This document shows positions 26,000-37,787 of a stretch of 64,000 nt of DNA, piece after piece. The stretch lies in NCBI GenBank assembly GCA_027604505.1, contig JADIIX010000008.1:124001-188000 (forward strand), in the 5' to 3' direction. Positions within the stretch are counted from its first letter, which is position 1, and each line of letters begins with the position of its first letter. The DNA is from Gonapodya sp. JEL0774. Lineage: Eukaryota. Under the pieces are notes generated by a model. The model did not search any database. It was not told where the DNA came from and worked only from the letters and a program-made list of their open reading frames with translations. Made by a program: the position numbers and the translations under genes.

Positions 26000-27308
26000 A
26001 CACCTCGTAAACAACTGGCTCACCACGTGTATGTGCCCTCGTTCCCCTCTGGATTTTTCTCTGAGAAATACACGTCCAAGAAGGTGCACCGGCGTGTTGC
26101 AATTTACAGTACGTTGCGTAATTGGACAGTACATCGTTTCCTTGTCGTACAGTCTCTTTTGAGCATCGGTGGCCGGCGGCTGTGCCACACCCATGCGCAG
26201 TGCAGTACTGTATTATACTGCAGACTCACCCGTCGATCCACTCGTCCATCCATATCACCTCGTCATGGGTATCAATGCGATATACCCTCCCGATGGAGAT
26301 CCAAACGGCCGGCGTTTGCGTCTTCTCTACCTTACAGAACTGCCCCAACAAACCGCACATGTAGACATACCCTGAGCTCCTTCCTGTTCGCGGGTCCTAG
26401 CACATATCGACCGATCGACTGCCGTACTCAAAAGAGTGTCCAAAAGCCTTGTTCGAAAGGCCTGTGTTGGCGTTTTTCCATCCTCTGATTCTCCACGGCG
26501 TCCTGATGCATGTCCAGGATATGGATTATGGCTCTTGTCACTTGGGCCCCGGATATAAAACGGCACAATATATCGTTTGACAGTGCAAACTATCGATCGA
26601 TCGGACAAATGCGATTTCCACTCAGTTCTGGAATCACCCACAGAAGGAGCGGGTGTCTTGGCAGCACACACTCATGAAAGGGGGATATGTCTTCGACGCA
26701 TCGGACATCGTCTTACACTCAGAGCCGAGGAAAGTGCTTGGGGTGCTTTCAGTGTTTGAATGGGTCGGCCTCGAACGACGAGATGAATAAGGAAACCCAA
26801 GGGACACACAAGCGAAACGGAACGGCGTCCCTCAAAAGCCCAACAATCACTGATGGAAGCTTTGTGGGTCAACAAAGTTGGTGGACGGCAAAGGCAATAC
26901 TCCCTCGTTTGAAGAACTCTCTTCCCGAGAGAATCGGTAACTGGACATGGAACCTCGAGTCCATCTTCTTCATAGTTCTTTTGTGGTGAGCATTATCACT
27001 TGTTTTCGCAACACTCAGTTCATTGCCCAATGCCCACAGTTTCTCATTTTGTTTCTATTGCAATCCCTCTCCCAGTCTGGCGAAGACTTGCTCGAGGTCA
27101 TTTTTCACCCTACGGCGATGCGTCAATGGCTTGCCTTTTGGCGGGAAAGGGTGGGTTGCAGAGGGGCAACCCACCATTTCTCAACGTGGCTCCCGAGACG
27201 CCATTGTCGCCCGGTCTGTATGGAGTCAGACCACCGGTGACCCCCTCGAGAAGCCGGAGCCGACGTGGGTTCTAGCAGGGATCTTGTTTGCGAAGTCGAC
27301 CCACAGAG
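26000..27308 (+). ncRNA. Candidate long structured non-coding RNA (family unknown)
   Basis: No recognisable protein. Many complementary segments, with G-U pairs favouring the + strand; nested multibranch structure at 27076-27258; ends at ACA-GAG|GTATGT. Boundaries are approximate. Confidence 0.35.
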
Positions 27309-27870
27309 GTATGTTGTCTCTCTTTGCGTTTTTCCTGTTATTGTTAACTAATCCTGAAGTGTTGCAGACAACTTCTCTAAAGTTCTCGAACAGATACGGA
27401 CTCCATGAAGAACCCACGAATGTACATCATGAAATATGAACATCCGAGATATGTAGAATATAATTGTTTCTTTGATGTCGAAGAATCCATTTTTTCCTTA
27501 CTGTCAGTCTTTGTTTAGTCGGTTTGTTATTTGACTGCTGCAGTTCTCCTCGGAAAGGTAAACAGCTGCATGGGCCACTTTCGATGGAGGCAGATATCTC
27601 GTCGCATTGTACTCCTGCTGGAACCGCAGGGCATACGTTATGTGCAAAGCTCGGATGGGACCCGAGAATGCATCGTTGGAATGCGAGTTGGGGTTGGAAC
27701 ACAAATTGCGAAGACCACCTACCCAATACATATCCCACTGACATACAACTTCATACGTCCAACACTTTTCTCCACCTCTTCAACTCGCGAACCCGCGTTG
27801 GGACACGATGGCGCGCATTGCAACCAAGTCCGACTTGATCGGTGCGTTCTGCGTTCGAACAAAATGCCAA

Positions 27871-29209
27871 ATGAAAACTGGAATGTGTGTCGTCCCATTC
27901 TCCGGCTGGCCCCCTTCTCACCCCCATCCGACACACTCCCCAGCCCTCCTTCTCACTTTCCTTGAAGTATCAATCCATTCTATCCTCTATGCCCGAGCTA
28001 TCTACCCCCCCACACTCTTCTCCCACCGCCGCATATGGCACACCCGTTGTGTCCAATCCCGGCACCCCGGAATCTCCGGGTACGTCAGGGATGTGGTCAG
28101 GGGTTTAGCCAAGGAATTGGAAAAGGGGAGGGTGAGGAGGGTCGCAGTAGTGGTGGCAGGAGGGATGCGGAAGAAGGTTCAGAACTCGAAGCAAGGGAAG
28201 ACACCTATCGTGGGCGCGGTGGGGAAGGCAGACGTGCCGTCTTCGGATGCAATGGACGAGTCTGTAGACATGGACTCGTCTTTCGACCTAGGTGGCAGGG
28301 GAGTTGCTGGGGTTGGCGGGACGGAGGAAGCGACTCCGGATACACCATCCAACATGGGCGCTCAAGTTCTCGAACGATTCGACTTCATTCTCTCCGATGT
28401 ACTTTCCACCGACTTGTCATCATAGTATGTGTCGTATTATGTTTGTTGACGACAACCAATCCCACAGTGGTATCCACACCATTCGTGCCCTGCTTGCAGC
28501 ACACCTAACACGCTCATTCCCCTCGTCGAATCCCATCTTGCCGCGCTCCTCCAAAGACTTTCCACATGCGCGGCTGTATTGTCCCCCTTGCCGCCGGGAT
28601 GCGACTGGATGGTGATGGTGGAGACGGAAGACGACGAAGAGAAAGTCGGGGAGGAGGTAGGTCGATGATTCTCAGTGGTTTATCCTGACCTTGCTTCTCA
28701 AAGCTGGTTTGTTGCTACGGTGCTATTTGTATGCGGTGGCCTGTGGTGTGTGGAACCGAAAAACGGATACCAAATGGACCTGCTATCCACGCAGCCACTG
28801 GCCTTCATCCCCGCTCTTACCGAAGAATACCACGTAGTCGGTGGGAGTATCGCCGCGGTCAAAGGCGCTGGGAGCGGGATTGGAGGTGGTGCAGGTCCGG
28901 AGAAGGCAGGAGCGTTCAATGTAAGTGCGCTGGGACGTGCCGCGCTGACAGGTCGTGGCCTGCTGAATGAATTGCTCATGAGATGATTCATTGCCGATAA
29001 CGGCCAAAAATTAACACCCCTTGCGTTGTCGACCCCACAACCCACCTCGCACACCATTCGAACGGATTGCGCACCCCGTATGTCTGCGCGTGATGATTTT
29101 TCTCCGTTCTGGAATGGTCTCCCTGTCGCATGGGGTTGAACAGGTACATTTCATGATATTGGAGAGCGACGCAAAGGAGGCATTAGCGGCTCGTACGGGT
29201 GGTGTTTGA
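27871..29209 (+). CDS. REV7: DNA polymerase zeta accessory subunit Rev7/MAD2L2 (HORMA domain), multi-exon
   Basis: FLEVSIHSILYARAIYPPTLFSHRR..SRHPGISGYV..VLERFDF pattern; the start exon is uncertain. Confidence 0.88.
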
Positions 29210-29536
29210 AACAGGTGGATTGTCAGCATGAGATGGAAGGCGTGCTGCGGAGTGGGTTTGGAAGCTAAGCATATGTACATAGATATTGTAACATTTTCAA
29301 AATTCGACCGTCCACTGCTTTGTGTGTCTAAGCTTCCGCAGTGCGGGAAACGGATGTCCAAACAAAGAATGGCATGCGCTGTTGTCTCTGAGGTCCATGG
29401 TTGCACAATACTTCTGCTCGGCGCGCCGCGCAACAACTACTCATGGTGTGTTTCGAAATGAGTGGTAAGAGGCGACACTACGTGTTGACCGCGCATTGCT
29501 CCTTCCGAAGGTGATGCGTGTATGTAACGCCAACGA

Positions 29537-30337
29537 TTACTTCCCCGCGATAATGCGCGCTGTATCGCCAAATGCCGCTGCATCGGTGTCCCTTGGGTTG
29601 TGTTCTGTCATCGCCCGATCGTCCGGCGGTTTGGAAATCCTCGTACCCAACCGCTCGTCCACCTCCCTCCACTTCCTCCTAAGCTCTTCACCCCATAAGG
29701 TCTCTACAATCATTCGAGGTACACGAGATCCAGCAATGTAAGCAACGTAGGTTGAGAGGAAGAGGATTACAATGCGGGTACGGTAGGTGTACGCTGTGGA
29801 GATAATCCAGCTGAGGAGCCGCCGTGGGAAAGTGGTGAAGGTGCGGTAGAAGGAGCTGAGACGCAACAGAGCAATGTGGTAGAGGGAGCGAACATGAGAG
29901 GGGAGGGATGTGAGGCGGTGGTAAGAGGAGCATATCCAGGAGTAACAGGCGCGGACTGACGAGAGCACTTGACGGGGGATGAAGAGAAGGAAGCGAATCG
30001 AAGGTGTAATACGGCGAAGATTAGTGAAAATGGAGCTGTAGAGGTAGGTGAGGTTTGTGTGGAACCTAGAGAGCGGGGTCGGTCGAGAGCGTGAGTCGGG
30101 GTGTACCCTCACAAGAGGTTTCGGTCGAGTGAAGTCCCAACGCGGCGAGAGGTGGTACCAAGGCTCGGTAGAGGGAGGAGTATTCCGCGGCGAAGACTTC
30201 GAAGTTGAAGAAGCTACAGGCGTGCGCGCCTGTTTGGAGTACAAGCGTGCGGAGAACGTTCGAAGAGCGCCAAAGGAGGATCGATGGAAGAAGTGGGTTA
30301 TGAGGGAGGGGGAGGGGTACTGCCGGAGAGTGAGCAT
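29537..30337 (-). CDS. Hypothetical, probably mitochondrial membrane protein
   Basis: Long ORF with an Arg/Ser-rich presequence-like N-terminus and a hydrophobic segment IVILFLSTYVAYIAG; a further 3' exon is possible. Confidence 0.55.
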   Translation of the reverse strand: MLTLRQYPSPSLITHFFHRSSFGALRTFSARLYSKQARTPVASSTSKSSPRNTPPSTEPWYHLSPRWDFTRPKPLVRVHPDSRSRPTPLSRFHTNLTYLYSSIFTNLRRITPSIRFLLFIPRQVLSSVRACYSWICSSYHRLTSLPSHVRSLYHIALLRLSSFYRTFTTFPRRLLSWIISTAYTYRTRIVILFLSTYVAYIAGSRVPRMIVETLWGEELRRKWREVDERLGTRISKPPDDRAMTEHNPRDTDAAAFGDTARIIAGK

Positions 30338-30613
30338 TCGATCACCAAAGAACGTGATGACGTCACCAGGAATCAGGATTGGAAACGACCAATAGACTGG
30401 TGGAGAGTGGATTCGTATTGCAAACATATGAAAATTCGAGCATATTGATGGTGACTCTCTCTGTGGCAACCAACATTTGCAAATTCCCGATAATTCGAAT
30501 ATTACTTAGAGCGATTCCAAACAGGTGGCATTCCCTTCTCGTTTACACGCCCGTAAGTAATTACACTTGCCGCGTCTTCATTCCGTCTATCTCTAACTCT
30601 TTCCTACAATAAA

Positions 30614-32716
30614 CTACGCCGTTAGACTTGATGGTTGGCTGGTGGTCGTACGATTAGCAAGCTTCTTGTTGCTCTGAAGGGCGGTTGCAAAAACGGTCAA
30701 AAGTTCCATGAAGTGCTCTTGAACTTTGTGGATCTCCACCACAAATGATGGATTCAATGAGAGTTTACCGCCACGAACATCCGAAAAATCAAACTTCACA
30801 GCCTACAGCACAAAGGGTCAAAAGCTTGAGTGCTTCACTATAAAGACTCTAACACACCTTTTGAATAGCGCGAAGGATCACGGCAAGTGGAGCGGCAATA
30901 AAATGTGACGTAATGAAAACAGATATAAGACTCATTATCAGAATCACTCCAGCCGCTGGAAGTCAGTGATAACGAAGTAAGCCGAAGTCTCACAAGGCGA
31001 AATGAGAAGTACCAACCTGACCCAATAATGATCGCTTGCGATCTCGAGCCAAGGGCCGCCAGCGACTGCGCAAGCGCCACCGTGTCTCCCAAGTAGTCAG
31101 ATGCTGGAGCACCAGAAATGATTATGTACTTATATGAGTAAAAGACTTTCGAGGTCACTTGGAAGAAGTAATCTCCGGTGCGCCACTGAGTGTCTGCAAA
31201 ATTTGAAGATAAATTCGAGTTTGCATAACTATAAATGGTGGCACTCGTGAAGTTGAGAAGTGGGTAACTATCGCTGGTAAACTCGAAGATAGGTTTAAGT
31301 CCGCCAGATGCTCTCAAAAGGACGGAGCGTCGAATAGTTAAATTGCTTGAAAGACCCGACATTGCCAGCACTTGACCACTCGAATTAATAATGTAAAATA
31401 GGGAATTCGGCGTCGCGCTCTTCTGCTTGATTTGGTCGAGCCAGTCGCATAAGTTATCAATCGAAAAGTACATTGAGAAGTACCCAAAAGGATCGGAGCT
31501 CGTTGTGGAATTGTAAAGCAAAATCGATACAGCCTGTGACATTGTGCCCAAAGTTGCACCCGGAGAAGTGAGCCCTGGTCCTCGTGCGGGGAGTTGAGCC
31601 ATGGCACTTGCGGCGGCCCCCGCCAAGTTGAAGGGAATCTGCAGAAATTCCACTGTTGAAGACGTTATCTATTCAATTGGGAGACTAGAAGACAAACCTT
31701 TTGTAAGTATGCACCAGGAGCGTTGGTGGTACTGTTCCACGTATAATAGTGCAAGGTGTTGTTCGTGTTCGGAGCGGGACAAACACGGCAGGTCCAGTTT
31801 CCAGCCGAGAACCACGTATATGTGGGAGCAAGAGAGGAAGTACCAGATGTGTCGAGAATCGGAGAGAACGAGAATGCCGTCAGCGGAGAGAGCAATGTTA
31901 TCAGCGTATAACGCATATTATCTGTATTTGAATCGACATTGTCACGATCCGTAAAGTCAATAAATGCACGCAAGGGCATGCATTACTCACTCTGAAGACC
32001 GATGGTATATGCTTCGTTGTAAATGAAAGGAGCCAAGGTGCTGGAACGGACGTGGTTTTCGTCGTTCTGTAATCAAAGGCAATACACCCATGCACTCACT
32101 CAATATCATTGCCCGCCGCTACGCCCTGCTGAACAAGGTCGTAAACAACTTGAGCATGCTGGGCGGCCTGTCGTCAAGAGGATTCATGGTGCGTGACACT
32201 TCCCATCCCAATTTCCAAACCGACAAAGAATACCTTTAGGAGATATCCTTCGAGCTGACTAGCTACCGCCTGACTTGCTTGCTGTTGTATATTCTGTGCA
32301 AGAGCTTGAATACTCGTAGTCGCTTGGGAAATGGCGTTTGCGTTACTTTGGCTGTTCGTAATTGAAGAGATCGTCACTGTAACGATTGCTACTAATGCAA
32401 TGCTGACATGGAGAAGGAGAAAAGATTGTTACTACAGAAGTACCCCGAACTTAGCACACAAAACGAGATGAGCAACCAACTTTATAACCACAAGGAGAAC
32501 TATAAGGACTGGAAGCGAAAGACTGATGCAAGTCTTTGGATTCTTTGGAGTCTGTGGCTTCTCGTCCGGTGACCTTTGAAAGGTATCGGTGGATCGGCCG
32601 TTCGCACTCGTCGGACTTTCGAGGGGGATGAGACGAGTGGCACTCTTCGGGGAGACAGGAGCATCCCCAGGTCTTCGAGGATCAATCTGAGCAGATTGGT
32701 TTGTTGCTTGGCTCAT
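30614..32716 (-). CDS. Two-TM sensor-like protein: TM - extracellular (Cache-like) domain - TM - HAMP-like tail, multi-exon
   Basis: N-terminal TM (ISLSLPVLIVLLVVI), Ser/Thr-rich ectodomain with FYIINSSGQVLA and YIIISGAPASDY, second TM, then PLAVILRAIQK..KFDFS..SFVVEIHKVQEHFMEL HAMP-like helices. Confidence 0.6.
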
Positions 32717-34573
32717 TGGTGACTCGAATCGAATGCGATGATGATGTAATGAGATGAGAGAGAGTTGGCCCCGCCTTGCCCTGCCTGTGCCTCCCTTATC
32801 CGGCCCCCTGCCATCCCATTCCAGAAACTGACTTTCAAGAAAGGACAGACCAATCACGGGAGTCGGCGCCCAAGCCAAGAAGCCTTTCTCGGAATTCTAA
32901 CACTTGCTTTCCCTTGCAGCAAACACTATGTAGTTGGGCGCAGGCCTTTGGGGACGCAGGGATGTACCCCGAATCAATTTTTTATCTGAACCTTTCCTAC
33001 TCGTCCCCAAACCCAGCATGACGAGATATCACAAATGTCTTCAGACGACTCAAACATATTGGAAATCAAATGAAGAGCATCGAGGAGCTTTCGGCTGGAC
33101 ATGAAATCGGTTATCGGGCTTGCTCCGCTTCGGGACTTGCACGTCCGCCGCAGTCCGTCAGCCGCAAGACGGCCCATTCGACTACGTCATCCTGAGAGAG
33201 CACCTATGTTTTCCGATGTTTATTGCGCCATTCACTGAATTTGGTGATGTTCATGGAAGGTTTCCAAGGATTCTGATTCAAAGATAGATTTGAATTCTGC
33301 TCTTCTCACTATCCATTGACCCATCCCACTGCCATTCGTGTAACTGGCGTCGAATAAAAATTTTTTCTTGTGACTCCCGTGTTGTCAATTCCGGCAACCG
33401 GTACGCAAAATGCGCACGATGGAGGAAGCTCATGAATGGAATTATACACAATCACAGTAATTTCAGTGCGTAATACTCATTCGGATAATGTGAAAACAAA
33501 GGACAACGCGGTTTCATCTTCTCAAGACTACCACGAACGAAATGAACGGTCACATCCCAAGTTTACCGGAGCTCCTGATCATTTACTGAGCGAGTTTGCG
33601 CGCAGAAAACGAACGGGAGCAACTGTAAAGGCCTGGAAGTCGGCCTGAGGATAGATTGTTTCCGATAAACATTGCATTCTCGTGCACCGGCAATACTTCG
33701 TCGATCAAGGATGTTGGAAGAGGACAGCTGTTTCAGGTGTATGGTGATATCGCGTGTTACAGGCGTCTGGTGACCCTTCAATAGGAGCTATGATGTTCTT
33801 GGTGTCGAAGAGTGCCAGAGACAACAGCGTCCAGTTCGTCCAGTTGATACAAACTCGGTAGTTGCCATGGCAGGATTAAATCTGCAATGTTGGACATCAG
33901 CATGTGAGCGATATTGTCTGTTTGACAGTGTCGGTTCAATTAGCGCTTGCGCGGTGATTGCCGTTCCCAGTCGAGCGGCGGCGGAAATGGTGAATCGCCT
34001 CGTGGAGCAACACTCATAAAAAACGTGACAAGGGGATCGGAAAGACACTGGAGCGGGGGAGAGCACGCAGGTCTAAAACTGTGGAGGTGAGCTGAGATGA
34101 ACAGAGCTAATGGACGGGCACCGCAAGGTACATTTGTTGGAAGGCAGCCCGTGGCGAGCTTGTTACTAAGATGCCTCTGGAGTTGTGTCGTATCGCGTGC
34201 CGGGCCAGGCCACCAGTCAAATTCCTGAGGACTGAGGAGTCTGGTGAAGTGTGACTTTGAACCACGCGGAATAAATGGTGGTTCTGACTCAATTTTGCAG
34301 GTTTGATATCACGCTTCTGCAGCTGACTCCTTGTTTTAGTCTGCGAATTATATCCATTGCGTTACTTAGACCCAACTGTCTGTAAATAGTTGCATTGAGT
34401 GTGAATAACAGATGACCACCTAGGAGTGCGACCACAGTTCCGCAGCACTTCTCACTACGTGTGTCATCCATCGTGTAATCGTTTCCCGCTCACACAAGCG
34501 TCGTCTCCCCGCCTCCGACCACACCTTCGACCGCTAACCGACCACCGCACAAATATTCGTCCACCCCGAGGAG

Positions 34574-37469
34574 ATGGCTTCGTTCTCTGAACAGACGCTG
34601 CTGGACAAACTCGCCAAACTCTCGGACTCGGTCGACTCAATCCAACACTTGTCTTCCTACATCCAATACCACAAGAAAAATGCAAAGCTGATTGTCGGAT
34701 GCTGGTTTAAGGAACTCAGGAGAGGTCCGTACTGCTGTTGAACTGGACAGCTAATGCTATATGGAATTGCGGGTGGTACTCGAGAAGCAGGACAGGTGTT
34801 TCTGGGTTGCCGAAAGTCGAACGATACGCATCTGAATGCTGAGACCGGAAAATGCGCGACATGGGAACCGACTATGCCAAGTTATCAAGGGTAATGGTCC
34901 TCCCACCGTACGTCAAAACACGTCTTCCCAGGTCTACTAGCTGCGTCAATCCGGAAAGGATCATCTCCGCCGTCATGACTGATGGGGAGAGTGATGGAAC
35001 ACTGGACGTGATTGCTCACACCCCCTTGGAATTGAAGACCGGACAAACGGAGCTCGTTTCATCGCGCTCAACACTTCCTCCTGTTCCCTACCACCTTCAC
35101 CCCCTCACTAGTTCAACCCCGTCAGAAGCTCGTCTACATGTACCTCTTCAACGATGTTGTCCAGAATTCTCGCAAGAAGCATGAAGAGGTGTGTGTAGCA
35201 AATGAGTCTCGGTGCAATGGGTGCCCAAGCGGTGAGAGAACACGCGGAACGGATATGATAGTGGACAAGGTTCTGTTTGGGCCTGGGAATCGGTGGTGGG
35301 GATTTCGATGGGTGTTGGACAGAAGGACCGAACGGGAGAGAGGGAGCCGAGGGGAGTATAGAAGTGTGGGGCGAGACGGGGCGTAACAGATTCGTCGGGA
35401 TACTGCAGAAGCTGGAGGTGGTTGTTGTGAAGATTTGGGGGCATCGGTGTTTGAGCGCTGCGTGTTGAGAGGTAGCCCACGGCAGGAAACCTCCGGTTTC
35501 GCCTTTCGAGCTCCATTTCTCTTCTTTTACTCATACCCGAGCTTCCACCCTCCACCCTCCACCTCCACCGCTCCCAATCACCCGCCCCACCTCAACCTAC
35601 TCATTCTCCGCACCGCGACAGTTTGTAAAATACTTTGGCGAAGTCCTCCCGGATGCCGTGGAACACATAATGAAGTGAGTAGTGCGTTTCTCTGTGTGGG
35701 AAGAGGGCAACGATTGTGGTATTGGTCTTGTGGTGTTGGGGAACAGGATCGCCGCGCGTCGGAATCTACCACGGACGACAAAGTCTTGCCTGGTGTGAGA
35801 GGAGTTGAAAACGTCACAACGAACCAGTGTACGGGCACTACTACAGTGATGCCTGGCGGGCTTGGGATAGAGTGGGAGTGTGGGACGAGGTTTTGTAGAA
35901 GGACGGGTGGTGGGATTGAGCGATCGAAGAGGAAGAAGTGGACAATAACCAAGCTCCGCTCATACGTCTTGCCCTCCCTCCTCCCTCCTGACAATCATGC
36001 AAGACACACGCCCCCTGAAACCCAATCGAAAGTCCTCCGCGTTATCAACATCCTCGAAGAGCGCGGAGTGTACAAGGCGAACGTCATATCTTTAGTGAGG
36101 GAACGGATTGGTGAGTACAGGGAGCGATTTCAACGAGTACAAGGAACATCTGCATGTGGGCTCTGGTGGCGGCGGAAAAGGGAATAAAAGGGAAGATGTT
36201 CAGCACTCGCGTGGGTACCGAAGATGGATGATATGGCCGCCCAGAAAATAATGTGGAAGGGAGCATTTGAGATGCGCGGAGGAGTCGGAAAATTCCACCT
36301 TATCATGTGGTGGTTGACCCAGCCGCCACCCCGCTTTCTCATCTTGACCCGCCCAAGCCCGCGTCAAGCCGTCCTCCGCCTCCTCAAGTTCGTCCGCAAC
36401 CCCATCCACGTCTTCATCCTCGCGCCATTCTGGCTCTACGGTGTTGGGAAAGAGGGACAGAAATGGTAATTCGTTGGCCAGAGCAGGAGCAGGGGCGGAA
36501 GGGGAAGTTGGGGAGGAGGTGAGTTTGATTGACGAAAAAGTGGATACGGAGCTATGTATTTGCTCAATTCATCATGGACAATACCTTTTAACTTGCACTA
36601 CGAAACCTCACCCCAGGTCAAACCTCTGTTGGCCCTTCTGCAAGAACTCCACCGCGGGGACGTTGAAATCTCCCACATCTCGGACCGTTGCGCTCAAGTC
36701 CCCACCAAATTCTTCAACGAGACCGTCATGCGGAATTTCGTTGGAACACCGGACGCTACAGTTGCGGCCGGTGAGGTAGGAAGTGCCATCAACCAGTTGG
36801 ATCAATTGAGAGAGAGGACGAAGAAGCAGAGAGAGGAAAAGCTGCGCTGTGTTGCGGAGTTGAAAAAACTGGCGGATGAGTGGGAGAAGGATGTCGGATG
36901 GGAAGAGAAAGTAGAGGTAGGTTCTTTGTGAGTGGGAGACGCTGAAGTGGAGGCTGTCGTGCGCCTGACATCACCTATCAATACTGTGTCTGGTTCTGTT
37001 CCACCAGTCCATCAACCTCAAAATCGCTCAACTCACCAAAGTCCACGGACACCTTACTGGCCTCGCCACGTCTGCCTCCACTCCCTCCCCAGTAACCGCC
37101 AACCCCGCTTCCCCCTCTGCCACCGCGAACGGCGAAACCCCCATGCTGTTCGAGCCGCGCACGCCAGATTACGATCCAGACTCAGTGTCGTCGCGGCCAA
37201 CGGGTCATGGAACTACACCTCGGGGAACCGCCCCATTACCACTACCTACGTCTCTGACTAGCACAGGGGGCCTTCCCGGACTGGAGGTGCTCGGCGATGC
37301 GGACTTAGATATCGGGGACATGGGTGCTTTCTTGGACTTTGGTGGAGTTGGCGATATGGGTATGGTTATGGGGATGGGCGGGATGGGCATGGAGTATGAA
37401 ATCGGAGGAGACGAGACGACAGAGATGAAGCCGCCGAGTCCAGAGCCATTGACGCCACCAGGGGAGTGA
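34574..37469 (+). CDS. RTT103: RNA polymerase II CTD-interacting (CID/RPR) protein, Rtt103/RPRD1 family, multi-exon
   Basis: MASFSEQTLLDKLAKLSDSVDSIQHLSSYIQYHKK..KLVYMYLFNDVVQNSRKK..KVLRVINILEERGVY. Confidence 0.9.
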
Positions 37470-37787
37470 GTGGTTGGAGAAACTATTGACGAGAGCACAA
37501 GTAGGAAACAGTGTTCGTGGCGTGCGGGATTTCCTGCAGTGTTGACCGGACCCATTCATCTGTGGAGAGCACCCGAGGACCTGGTACCATGTTTCTCTTT
37601 TTCAATTCATTAGTAATATAGTCCCGACCCTTGATGAAGATGACACGCACGCTAGGCGCCAACGGCTGGTTTTTCCTCTCCACATTTCTCAAGGTTTCTA
37701 TTCGTTCTTACGTTTGTGTAAATTGCGTGCGCATGTGTAAAGACCAGCAACTTTGATTTGATTATATAGACTCTGACAGCGTCACCT

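Noticed and set aside
26055..26100. CTGAGAAATAC resembling the TPP riboswitch J3/2 segment
   Set aside because: The downstream CCTGAT..TAATGCC..GCG elements are missing.
33788..33868. MATTEFVSTGRTGR on the minus strand, resembling the PKA inhibitor peptide (FIASGRTGRRNA)
   Set aside because: The pseudosubstrate RRNA is absent (RCCL), the match comes from a 9-nt duplication, and there is no gene context.
32800..34500. 1.7-kb gene-free interval as a transposon remnant
   Set aside because: No terminal repeats, target duplications or transposase/RT motifs were recognisable; it is probably a divergent promoter region.
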